Shown: positions 1 to 11,284 of the stretch, piece by piece
Position numbering within the stretch: position 1 is the stretch's first letter
How the letters are laid out: each line of letters starts with the position of its first letter
Assembly (NCBI GenBank): GCA_964016885.1
Contig: OZ024742.1
Coordinates: 247,938,001 to 248,002,000 of the forward strand
DNA length: 64,000 nt
Direction: 5' to 3'
From: Eledone cirrhosa
Lineage: Eukaryota
Notes under the pieces: model-generated
What the model was told of the DNA's origin: nothing
Databases searched by the model: none
Seen by the model: only the letters and a program-made list of their open reading frames with translations
Program-made: the position numbers and the translations under genes

Positions 1-127
1 TATATATATATATTTATTAAAATAATATATATATAGGAGTCGATCGACTTTCGTCAAATCGGACCGAGGGAACAATGTTTCCGTTGGTCTTTCCAATTGC
101 TAATACTATCTATCGGTCGCAACTCCA

Positions 128-253
128 GGTAGAAGGAGCAACGTGAAATAAAGTGTCTTGCCCAAGGACATAACGCATCGCCTGGTCCAGGAATCGAACT
201 CACAACCTTATGATTGCGAATCCAATTCTCTAACCACTCAGCCACACACCTTC
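128..253 (-). mobile_element. tRNA-derived CORE-type SINE (partial)
   Basis: Minus strand shows A box TGGCTGAGTGG, B box GAGTTCGATTCC and CORE-like TGTCCTTGGGCAAGACACTTTATTTC. Confidence 0.75.
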
Positions 254-254
254 A

Positions 255-325
<71 letters not shown>

Positions 326-466
326 GGGTGTGTATGTATGATTGTGTATAGAAGATTATATTAATAAAAGGAATTCCCACTTTGTCTGATTTTCTCGTTT
401 TATATACAATCCTTTAAAATTTATAATGGCATTATAATGATAGAATATTAAATATTAATTGTTAAT

Positions 467-505
467 TGAACAGGTACTTTCATGCTTTCGCAATCTTCAG
501 GTTCA
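467..505 (-). ncRNA. Minimal type-I hammerhead-like motif (variant cleavage site)
   Basis: TGAAC-CTGAAGA-TTGC GAAA GCAT-GAAA-GTAC-CT-GTTCA. The cleavage position reads CT rather than UH. Confidence 0.55.
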
Positions 506-596
506 TAATGTGTGGTGACAGTCAAGTTTGCAATTTTCAACTGACAATTGTGAAGACACAGTTGAAAATTGCAAACTTGACTGTCACCACACATTA

Positions 597-635
597 TGAA
601 CCTGAAGATTGCGAAAGCATGAAAGTACCTGTTCA
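597..635 (+). ncRNA. Minimal type-I hammerhead-like motif (variant cleavage site)
   Basis: Identical to 467-505 on the opposite arm. Stem I TGAAC/GTTCA, palindromic stem III GTAC. Confidence 0.55.
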
Positions 636-922
636 ATTAACACTTAACATTTAATATTCTACCATACTATTTCATTATAATGCCATTATAAATTTTAAAG
701 GATTGTAAATAAAACGAGAAAATCAGACAAAGTTGGAATTCCTTTTATTAATATATATATATATATATTGTTATACTTTGGGAGGGTCATGTTGCCAATA
801 AGAAACACACGCACCAGATGCTATCACTTCAATTTATTATATATTTATAAGTTTACAAATCTACAAATTTATAAATTTCTGGTTGGTTGGTTGGTTCCAC
901 AACCAGATAGTTGTTTATATAT

Positions 923-967
923 AGTCATAGTCCTTTCGTCACACACTCTGTGACCTCTTCCGTGACT
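923..967 (-). ncRNA. Hammerhead-like motif in PLE 3' UTR (CGGAAGA core variant)
   Basis: AGTCA-CGGAAGA-G-GTCACA gagtg TGTGAC-GAAA-GGAC-TA-TGACT. Confidence 0.65.
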
Positions 968-1183
968 GGGGATTCCTTTCTTTGTTTCTGTGCCTTTCCT
1001 TTCTTCTGTCCTACGCAATTTTGTTTCTGTGTGTGTGTTGTGTGCTCAGTTTGCGCATGCGCCACATCCGTGTGTCTGTGTGTGTTTGTGTTCATTTATC
1101 TATTTGTTTATTTATTTATTTATTTATTTACATGTTATTGGTTGGTTGTTTGTTCTATGTGTGTGTGTGTTTTCATTTTGTCC

Positions 1184-3775
1184 TTAATTGTAAGTTGTGA
1201 TGTTGCTGTTCCACTCATATTTTCTATTTAATTTTGGTTGTAATTCTTTTATGTTTATTGCCTCTGTAATTTGTCTAAACATTGCATCTTTTCTGTGTGT
1301 AGATTCTATTTTTATTTCTATGTTCTCTAATTTACCCTTGTGTTCTATCTTGGCATGTTGGTAGAGTACAGATGATTCTTTATTATCTTGAAGGTCTCGC
1401 CAGTGTTCATTTATACGTTCCCCTATACTACGAGCTGTCTCACCTATGTACACTATATTTTTGTTTCTACATTGTCCTTCAGTACATCTTATGCTATACA
1501 CTACATTTCTAGTTTTACAGTTAATATGGGGGCTTATTTTACAGGTTATACATTTCTTATCTATACATGAGGGTCTTTGAAACGGGTATGTCTTGCTAAT
1601 AAGTGTTTTTACGGAGGTACCTGGTCTTTCTACTATCTTAATATTGAGTTTATGTTTATTTAGGGCCCTTCTAAATTTGTAGGCTAGTTCGCCTCTAGGG
1701 GTTGTATCGATGAACATTACACTCTGGTATTTATTGCTATCATACCATGAGTTTATTCTATTAGCCTTGTTCCTAGTTCTTTCTATTCTATTCCAAAATT
1801 TGCTCCTATACAGGGGGCAGGTCCCATTTATGTCATTATTTACCATTTTTCCCCATTTGGTTCTGGCTCCTGTATACACTCTGATTCTATCTCTCTGATT
1901 GTAGCCAGAGAACTGCATACGGTGGATGAAGTGTTGTATGTGTCTCTCTAGTTCTTCGGGGTTGTACATGCGGGACACATTTCTCATCACCCGTACCAAA
2001 TCCGCAATCAGTATGTTAATTTTGGTATGGTCCGAAATGGCCGAGTTTCGGTGGATCAGATGTTTGGAAGTCATGGGTTTGGCATAATGGGAATGGAGGA
2101 TTTGTTTTTGGTTGTTAATGGTATCTAACCAGAGCTCTGTGTCTAGTACAGGTAATCGATGGTTGGGGTGTCTACTTGGGTAGTCTATAGTAACTCTAAT
2201 GCTCTGGTGGATGGAGTTTGCTATTTGCTGGATGCCTTCCATTGTGTTTTTCTCTAGTTCCTGACTGTTCTCTAGTGGGGGTGTCTTAACTACGATGTTT
2301 ATATCATCTACGTAGCGGGAGTACATTATCAGGGTTAAGCTGTCTTCTAATTGTTCTTTAAGTTTAAGTTTAAGTCTACTGTCCCACCATACCATGAATA
2401 AGTTAGCTATGTCGCCTGCAATGCTAACACCAATGGCTGCTCCTTCCTCTTGGGCATATGTTTTTCCATTAAATTTGAACATATGTTCCTTAAGGGTTAA
2501 TTTTATGCTGGCCCCTACCGCATGTGCAATCATTTGCTTCAGTTCATCGTGGTTTTCGAGTGTCCGTATGGCTCTGGTCCACCCGCTCCATCCATCTGTG
2601 TGGGTTTTCTTGGCCATTGAGGTAATGGTAGGTGGTCTGCCTCTTGCTGGTCTTGTAGGGCACAGGTTGCTAAGGTCATATGTGTCTAGGTAACTATTAC
2701 TATGGGTAAGCTCAAGTAGAAGACCCAGCTCACTGGTATCAATCCCACGGAACTCAACCTTGCTCTCGCTGATCATTTCTACGCATTTCTCCACAGCAAA
2801 ATCCACGTCAATAGATGGATACAGGGACACAACATCCATACTGCCTATTATGCAGTTTGTTAGGTCCCCAGATCGGTTACTCACGCCGATTCTGCTGAGG
2901 AGGTCCTCCGTGCTGTCACATACATCTGGGGACATCTCAATGATGGGGCGTATGATCAGGGAGAGGAAGTAGGACAGTCTGTAGTTACTAGCAATGTTAG
3001 CTCCACAGACTGGCCGTGTTGGTGGTCCCGCCACAGGGTCACAGCCCGTTTTATGGTCTTTTCGAAGCCCATACAACGCCGGCACGTCATTGTTCCAGGC
3101 CTGGAAGTTGTTGGCAGTCCTTTTGTTGGGGTGCATTATATTCGTCCACATCACCATATGGGCATTGAGGGCTTTTTCTCTATCCTCATGCTCCTGTGGT
3201 GTTACCTCTCCTGTGTTAGTGATGTGGGGTTGCATTGCCTGGATGTAGTTTGGCAGGCTGTCAACCGACATTCTGCCAGACTTGTCTGTTGGAAAGCATG
3301 CTATCTCTCCATTACGTGAGCGCTGCATGAGCTTACGCAAGCCATTTGCAGATTTTTCTCCCAGTTGCTGGGCCTCTATTCTATTATGCTTCTTGCTATA
3401 CTGTTCTATAATATTTCTAAGTTCGGATCCAGCTATACTAAATTGTGCTTCTGTTTGTTCATCGACCTGCGACGGCAACTGCGTGCGTGTGTTAAATGGT
3501 AAAGTCGTGGCGTGGACTCGTCGCAGGTCGAATGATTTATCGGAGGGATTATAAAACGGAGAGTTCCAGGCTGCTGCTTTATGTGTACTAGTGCTATTGT
3601 TATTGTTAGTTGTGTTGTTTCTATTTCTATTTCCACCAACAGCCTCATGGTTGTTTCTATGTCTCTCATAATTACTCCTGTCTCTTTCCACTGGCTCAAT
3701 GTTGTTATCTACCCTATTTTGTGTGTCTGTGTGTTCGTCCTGGTTATTCTCTTTGTCCTTAGTCTCCCTCTCCAT
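1184..3775 (-). CDS. PLE reverse transcriptase + C-terminal GIY-YIG endonuclease (863 aa)
   Basis: PTDKSG, LYGLRKDHK, TRPVCG, MDVVSLYPSI, GAAIG, RYVDD, LPVLD, Cys-rich linker CIDKKCITC, VVY..C....C..VYIGET.R...R..EH and terminal LN. No internal stops. Confidence 0.95.
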   Translation of the reverse strand: MERETKDKENNQDEHTDTQNRVDNNIEPVERDRSNYERHRNNHEAVGGNRNRNNTTNNNNSTSTHKAAAWNSPFYNPSDKSFDLRRVHATTLPFNTRTQLPSQVDEQTEAQFSIAGSELRNIIEQYSKKHNRIEAQQLGEKSANGLRKLMQRSRNGEIACFPTDKSGRMSVDSLPNYIQAMQPHITNTGEVTPQEHEDREKALNAHMVMWTNIMHPNKRTANNFQAWNNDVPALYGLRKDHKTGCDPVAGPPTRPVCGANIASNYRLSYFLSLIIRPIIEMSPDVCDSTEDLLSRIGVSNRSGDLTNCIIGSMDVVSLYPSIDVDFAVEKCVEMISESKVEFRGIDTSELGLLLELTHSNSYLDTYDLSNLCPTRPARGRPPTITSMAKKTHTDGWSGWTRAIRTLENHDELKQMIAHAVGASIKLTLKEHMFKFNGKTYAQEEGAAIGVSIAGDIANLFMVWWDSRLKLKLKEQLEDSLTLIMYSRYVDDINIVVKTPPLENSQELEKNTMEGIQQIANSIHQSIRVTIDYPSRHPNHRLPVLDTELWLDTINNQKQILHSHYAKPMTSKHLIHRNSAISDHTKINILIADLVRVMRNVSRMYNPEELERHIQHFIHRMQFSGYNQRDRIRVYTGARTKWGKMVNNDINGTCPLYRSKFWNRIERTRNKANRINSWYDSNKYQSVMFIDTTPRGELAYKFRRALNKHKLNIKIVERPGTSVKTLISKTYPFQRPSCIDKKCITCKISPHINCKTRNVVYSIRCTEGQCRNKNIVYIGETARSIGERINEHWRDLQDNKESSVLYQHAKIEHKGKLENIEIKIESTHRKDAMFRQITEAINIKELQPKLNRKYEWNSNITTYN

Positions 3776-4904
3776 TTAATCCTATTACTTTCCCTTATTT
3801 CTGTGATTTCTGTGCTACTGTCATTACTTGTTTTCTGTGTCTGTGTGTTTGTTAAGATTGTGGTGGTGGTGAGAGGCATTGAATGCTTGTGTGTTGTTGT
3901 TGTTGATGTGTCCTGTTGTTGATGTGTGTTGTTGTTGTCTCCGTGTGTGTTATCGTTGTTGTGTGTGTTGTTATTGTTGTTTGAGTCTGCGTGTCTGTTG
4001 TTGTTGTTTTTGGGTATGTTGTTATTGTTGTTGTTGTTGATGTGTGTGTTGTTGTTATTGTTGTTTGTGTCTGTGTGTCTGTTGTTGTTGGGATGTGTGT
4101 TGTATATGTGTGTGCGTATATTGTTGCTTTTGTTTTTGATGCTCCAGCGTAGTTTTGTAAATCATTTACAAAACTACGCTGGAGCATCAAAAACAAAAGC
4201 AACAATATACGCACACACATATACAACACACATCCCAACAACAACAGACACACAGACACAAACAACAATAACAACAACACACACATCAACAACAATATAT
4301 ACATATATAATTGAAAAGCACATGGATATTTCACCAGATCATCTGATGTTGATGCTGACCAAAGCGATAACTATGATAACGATAACAACGATTTTGTCGA
4401 TGATGGTGATGAAGCAGAGGAGAGGAAGTAGTTGTGTTTAATGACATTAGAGAACGTTGACAGTGTTCGATAATCACAAGTAAGCTGCAGCTGCTTCTCG
4501 TAATGATAACTGTAAAGACGATTATGAATATATTAGTGGTAATCAAGATGAGAATATGATGAATGTGGCCGTGATAATGATTAAAATTACAACTCTGAAG
4601 ATGATGGTGAAGATGCCGGTGGCGATGGTCACTGCCCTTAGGACGGCGACAATGATTAAGATGATAACGAACTGTGATGATGAAAACGACAACAAAGTTG
4701 CTGACGATCACGAAAACTGACAATTGTGAAGACAGAGAGGTTGGCAATGTTGATGGCTTCGTAGTTGTTCGGCTGGCACATTTTTCCAGAGAAATCTTTT
4801 TCTTAATGAATGACTAGACACACACACACGCTCACACTCATATACACAGACAGACAGAGAGACAGACAGACGGCCATTCGAGACAGCACACACTCACAGA
4901 CTTA

Positions 4905-4944
<40 letters not shown>

Positions 4945-5851
4945 TGTTATACTTGGGGAGGGTCATATTTGCGTAATATTGCCAGAATTAATAACAGAAC
5001 ACACTCACTGTTTGGTTGGTTTTCGCTTCTCGCTGTCTTTTATATCTGCGATCTAACTTACTCGGTCCTCAATGTTGCCATTGACTGACCGACGGTCAAA
5101 AATAATACAGATACAATATAGACACAAACACATATATATAGTTTACATAATTTACATAAATCTTTCGTTGCACATCTGCAACATCGTCAGTGGTGTTATA
5201 TTTTTTCCTCCTGTTGTGTTGTATGTCTACGCCATTTTTTTTATTCGGGCTGTCTATATATTTATTTATTTATTTGCTTGTTTGTTTATTTTATTTTATT
5301 TTGTCTTCTTTGCGCATGCGTTTGCGTGTGTGTATAGTGTTATGTGTGCTGTGTGAGTAGTGTGTATAGTGTTGTGTCTGCTGGGTGACTAGTGTGTGTT
5401 TATGTGCTTGTTGTTATTGTGCTTGTGTATGTATTTATTTATCTTATTTTATTTTATTTTATTTATTTACTTATTTATACTTCTCTTAGGTCAGTGTTGT
5501 TTGTTTGGGTGTTGTTGTTGTTCCACTCATTGTTTCTGTTTAGCTTTGGTCTTCTAATTTCTATTTCACTGGCCTCTCTGATTTGCCTATCTGCTGGGTC
5601 ATTCCTATGTTTAGATATTATTCTAATTTCTATGTTGTCTATGTTACCGTCATGTTGTTGTCTAGCATGTTCGTATAGTACTGACCCGTTTTTTCGTCCT
5701 TTTAGTTCCCCCCAGTGTTGGTCTATCATTTCACCTATGCTACGAGCTGTCTCACCTATGTATGTTGTTGTCATGTTTCTGCAAGTACCCTCTGTACATC
5801 TTATGCTATAGACTACGTTTCTAGTTTTACAGTTTATCCGGGGGTTCACCT
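4945..5851 (-). mobile_element. 3' fragment of a related PLE (EN domain + 3' UTR) between (TA)n tracts
   Basis: ORF 5475-5858 resembles the EN of the 863-aa ORF ([28 protein letters not shown]). Terminus ttgttatacttggggagggtcat matches 768-790. Confidence 0.9.
5153..5195 (-). ncRNA. Minimal hammerhead ribozyme in PLE 3' UTR
   Basis: CA-CTGACGA-T-GTTGCA gatg TGCAAC-GAAA-GATT-TA-TG. Same architecture as 923-967, but stem I is weak. Confidence 0.65.
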
Positions 5852-6831
<980 letters not shown>

Positions 6832-7049
6832 ATGTGTGTTTGTGTGTGTTTGTGTGTGTGTGTGTATGTGTGTGTGTGTGTGTGGAGAGAGAGAGAGATA
6901 GAGAAAGAGAGAGAGATTGATTGATTTGGAAAATTAAAGTGAAAGTAAGTCGAGCCTTTATTTCCGTTAATTGTAGAAATACAATTCTAATCAGGGTTTC
7001 TAGCATAGGCACATGACCACCAAGGATATTAGCGAAGAGGCCTGTCTTT

Positions 7050-7912
7050 TAAATCAACTGCAGTACTTCCCGATATGATGAAAGGCAAACTTGACATCAG
7101 AATTTGAAACCACCACGTAATGTGCCGTAACGAAACACTTTGGTCATTTAGCCAGGAGTTCTCTCGAGTTACCAATCACACATTGCAAATAATTATTTCT
7201 ACTTTTGGCACAAGGCCATCAATTACTCAGTACATTACAAATAATACTAATTGTTTCTACTTTTGGCACAAGGCCAGCAATTACTAATGCATTACTGGTA
7301 CTTTATTTTATCGACCCCGTTGGATGAAAGGCAAAGTTAACCTCTCCGGGATTTGAACTCAGAATGGCAAGGGCCGTAACTCTATGCGTCAAAGCATGGC
7401 ATCCGATCTCTACAGATACTGCCGATCCAAATTCTTTCAAACATTGGCATACTGCTATCAATTTGGGGAAGGGCGACGTCGATTATATCAACCACAGTAC
7501 ATAACTGCTACTTCATTTTATCGATCCCGGAAGCGTGAAATTCAAAGCCAACCGCGATTTGAACACAGAACGCAGAGTGCATCAAAGAGCTTTGTCCCAT
7601 GCCAAATAGTATTAATAATAATATCAACAACAATAATTGTTTCTAGTTTTAGCACAAGGCCAGCAATTATCCAAGTGCATTATTGGTGCTTTATTTTATC
7701 GACCCTGTAAGGATGAAAGGAAAAGTTAACCTTGGTGGGATTTGAACTCATACCGTAAAGGGGCGTAACTCTATGCTGAAAAGTATGGCCTCCGACGCTC
7801 TACAGCCAATTCACATACCACCCAATAATGTCAATAATAATAATAATGATTTCTATATTAAGCACAAGGTTATCAATTTGTGGGGAGGGGAAAGTCGATT
7901 AAATTGACCCCA
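7050..7912 (-). mobile_element. Cluster of Meta-type tRNA-SINE copies and fragments
   Basis: Repeated gtttctacttttggcacaaggcc tail, tttatcgacccc..ggatgaaaggcaaagttaacc central domain and gatttgaactc (B box on the minus strand). Confidence 0.8.
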
Positions 7913-7914
7913 AG

Positions 7915-8850
7915 TAAGGGCTTTATCTCTATGCTGCGTTGCATGGGGATTTACTTAAACGCCAGGTGCTCTTGGAGTTCTGGATGTTTAACCTCAATGG
8001 TTGGTCGGTGTACCTTAAGGAGCACCTTTAAAAGTCTACTGGTTGGATTATGTTAGGGGTTCCTACGTAACAATGAAATCTCTCCTTAATTATCATATAA
8101 GCACCCAGCGATACGCTATCTATCATTACGTTGTCTTGCAGCCCCGAATCAACCCCTCCTCGATTTCTTTGCTTCGCGCTATGATAGCCATCAGTTTTTC
8201 AGTGCAACAAAGCACAGAAAACTTCATGCTATTACGAACATTAAGTTTTCTGTGCTTTGTTGTTGTGAATGTGCTTGTTTTCGTTTGGGTGATTGTGCTG
8301 GCGCTGGTGATGTTGCTATAGTTTTGTATATGTCTGTGAATGTTGTGTGTGCCGTGTTTGCGTTTTCAGTTATTTGTGTATGTAAGCTGTTTGAGTTTTT
8401 TGTTCAGAAGTTTAGCACTTTTTAGTTGACCTTCGACATCGCTACGATTAAAAGAGTATTTTTAAGTCGCTTCCATATGTTTGACTTGGATATTTGTTTG
8501 GGGAGGGTGAGGAGAAATGAGAGAGTTTTCCTCCCCTTCTCTTTTTGGCTGATTCTGTTATGGCTGCTGTTGGAGGGGCTGCTATTGGTGTAGGTATTTT
8601 TGAAGCTGCTTGTTTTGCCAGTTTTGCGGACGTACGTACTGGCACTGGTGTTGGCAGTAATGGAGGTTGCCTCCCCCTGCATATTGACCTGAGGACAGAA
8701 GGCTCATAAATGTGCTGCTTCGCCGCAGACGAAGCAGTGTGGCTTTCTGCCCGGTATGACCTCTTGTAAGACGGACCCTTACTGCAATCGAACATGGTTC
8801 GGGATATTTTTAGGATCATCGGGTTTGATATTCTGTTTTTCTTCATCTAG
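7915..8850 (-). pseudogene. Degraded Tx1-clade LINE ORF1 fragment
   Basis: Minus frame at ~8692-8760 reads VIPGRKPHCFVCGEAAHL*AFCP (CCHC knuckle), followed by a low-complexity P/T/K region like ORF1 at 27-29 kb. Outer limits are approximate. Confidence 0.65.
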
Positions 8851-8877
8851 TGTGTAATTTAATCTCATTATTTAATT

Positions 8878-9045
8878 GTCGATAAAATAAAGTACCAGTA
8901 ATGCACTGGGTAATTGCTGGCCTTGTGCCTAAAGTAGAAACAATTATTTAATTGTTTCTACTATTGGCACAAGGTCAGAAATTACCAAGTACCAGTAATG
9001 TACTGGCAAATTTCTGACCTTGTGCCAATAGTAGAAACAATTATT
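8878..9045. repeat. SINE 3' tails in alternating orientation, forming an inverted repeat at 8949-9043
   Basis: taattgtttctactattggcacaaggtcagaaatt ... aatttctgaccttgtgccaatagtagaaacaatta. Confidence 0.8.
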
Positions 9046-9129
9046 TTCTGCTGCACCGCGTATTAGTCAGTAGTTTATTGGTATGTTGCAGAGATGTGTG
9101 TGTGACTGAGTTGTGCGCGTGTGGTTGTT

Positions 9130-9190
<61 letters not shown>

Positions 9191-9391
9191 ATGAATTATT
9201 TATTTATTTATTATTTTAATTGTATGTGACGGCCTATTGCATTATATGGTTGTTCTTTGTTTTTTTATTTTTCCTTATAATTATATGTGTGTGTGCGTAT
9301 GTAGGTGTATATATCTTTATATGTGTGTGCGTATGTATGCGTGTATGTATGCGTGTATGTATGTGTGTGGTGTATGTGTGTGTGTATATAT

Positions 9392-9457
<66 letters not shown>

Positions 9458-9710
9458 TTGTGTATTTATGTGTATGTGTATGTATGGATATATATATATA
9501 TATGTATGTATATATATATGTGTATATATATACATATATATATGTGTTTGTGTGTGTATGTATATATGTGTGTGTGCGTGTGTGTGTGTGCATGTTTGTT
9601 TATCTACCTTTATATTTATTCTTTTTCCTTTCCTTTTTTCTCCAGCCTCACTTTTATATATATTATATTTTTGTTTTTAAAATTCACTGTCAATAAATAC
9701 ACCAGGATTT

Positions 9711-9770
9711 TTTCATTCTGATGACAGAAAGCAAATTTGTTTGCTTTCAAGAAACCACTGGTAAATGAAA
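9711..9770 (+). ncRNA. Type-I hammerhead ribozyme
   Basis: TTTCATT-CTGATGA-ca GAAAGCAAA tttg TTTGCTTTC aa-GAAAC CACTG GTA-AATGAAA. (TA)n starts 30 nt downstream. Confidence 0.8.
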
Positions 9771-10439
9771 TAATCATCTTATGTTGTTTATTACATAACT
9801 ATATATATATATATATATATTTATATAAGCAAAAGAAAAAAAAAATTACTGGGGTCTAACACAACTTCTATATAAAGCGAAATCGGCCAATTCTATCTTA
9901 AAATTAGGGGGGAGGGGGTACTGAGGCTACAGAGGACCGATGGGCTGCAACGGAGTAGGCGAAAGGTGAAAAAAAGAGATGAGGAAGGAGATCTGGGGTG
10001 GAAGGACTAGGGAGAGATGGGGGAAGAAGGAAACATAAAGGAAAAGATGAAAAAGTTACGTCTACCTTTGTAAGCAGGGGTTACCCCTTACAAAATCGGC
10101 AAGTGTGGTATCAGCCCTTGTCTACTCCACCCGGGTCATTATGGGGTTTGAGGTAAGTCCTACGCAATCTGTGTTTGCATGCGGTTACCAGTTCGTCTTA
10201 CTTGTTTAGGAGTTGGTCCTTCGAAAAGAGCATTTGTAAGGTTTGCTCCGAGCGTAGTAACCAGAAATTGTTTTTATATATTTATTTCCTTATATTTATG
10301 AGAGATTTTTTTAATTCCCTTTCGATTTACCTATTCTTCCAACTCCGCCCCCCTCCTTTTCTCCAGTACACTTTTTTCGACCTTTTATACACTATCCTTA
10401 GAATCTGGTGTATAGATTTCAATTTCAACGCTTACTGGG

Positions 10440-10663
10440 TCTCCCCCACCCACTCTTTTTTCTGCCGGCAAGTTCAGCCACCCCTACCTCCCACAAAATG
10501 CCATGATCTGTCTTTACAACAAATTTTAGACCAATCCTCTCGACAATATAAGGTAATACCCCCTGAGAAGTTCGGCTATTTATATACCAGGCTAAACATC
10601 CTTATTTACTCAAGAAATAGCCGTCGAAACGGCTTGAGCTCTGCCGTCGGGGTCATACTTGTT

Positions 10664-10668
<5 letters not shown>
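10440..10668 (+). mobile_element. Diverged copy of the HHR-bearing element of 11285-12494, with HHR-like motif at 10558-10653
   Basis: ACCCC-CTGAGAAG..CGGCTATTT/AAATAGCCG..GAAACGGC..GCCGTC-GGGGT. Ends at ttgttcctat+(TA)n and is homologous to 12260-12494. Confidence 0.7.
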
Positions 10669-10726
<58 letters not shown>

Positions 10727-10731
10727 GTATA

Positions 10732-11057
10732 TGTATAGACATTTCGTATTTCGAAAGAAATACAATTTTAGGAAGCCGTAGCTCAGCGAACACCGGGGGG
10801 GGGGGGGGGGGGCTAAGGCCCTCTGGTGTTGTCCGGCAGAAGCATGGGGGACAACCGTCTATGCATTTCAGGCTTATATTCTCGGCTCTTTTCAAGTCCA
10901 GCAGTCGCAGAGCAGTGGGAGGGATTGTCCTGGCGATGGCCAGTCAAGCCTGAAATGCATAGTCAGTTGTCCCTCTTGCTTCTACTGGACAACACCAGCT
11001 CGCATAGCTACGGCTTGCTAAAATCGTATTTCTATCGATATACGAAATTTCTATACA
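10732..11057. repeat. Diverged palindrome next to (TA)n
   Basis: 10732-10783 pairs with 11006-11057, 10822-10855 with 10966-10998, and 10860-10875 with 10946-10961. Confidence 0.8.
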
Positions 11058-11139
11058 TATTGTATAAAGCTATGCTTGAAGCGAAATCCTATTTCTTATA
11101 TATATACGTATATATAAGAAATATGATTATATATAAGAC

Positions 11140-11223
11140 ATTTAATTTATAATAAATTGGAGTGATAGAACATGGTGCGTGTGTTTCTTATTGGCAACAT
11201 GACCCTCCCAAAGTATAACAATA
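11140..11223 (+). mobile_element. 3' tip of the Naiad-like PLE
   Basis: Reverse complement of 768-845 (ggtgcgtgtgtttcttattggcaacatgaccctcccaaagtataacaa). Confidence 0.85.
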
Positions 11224-11284
11224 TCGGTTTCAACTCACGTTTTCAGATAAAGAGTATTGCTAAACGAAATATATATATATATAT

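Larger units (their letters stand above)
357..752. mobile_element. Fold-back (palindromic) element made of two outward-facing PLE-type 3' ends
   Basis: Arms ~357-543 and ~559-752 are near-perfect reverse complements around a 15-nt loop. Each arm has an HHR-like motif. The right arm has AATAAA and ends at (TA)n. Confidence 0.85.
768..4296 (-). mobile_element. Penelope-like retroelement (Naiad-like), 5'-truncated with inverted 5' fold-back
   Basis: RT+GIY-YIG ORF, 3' UTR with HHR-like motif, 3' end abutting (TA)n at 752-767. The 5' end folds back (4030-4161 vs 4165-4296) into a short TA run. Confidence 0.92.

Noticed and set aside
4695-4725. CTGACGA-tcac-GAAA hammerhead-like string
   Set aside because: No stem II and no UH cleavage site, and it lies in GAT/GAC low-complexity sequence.
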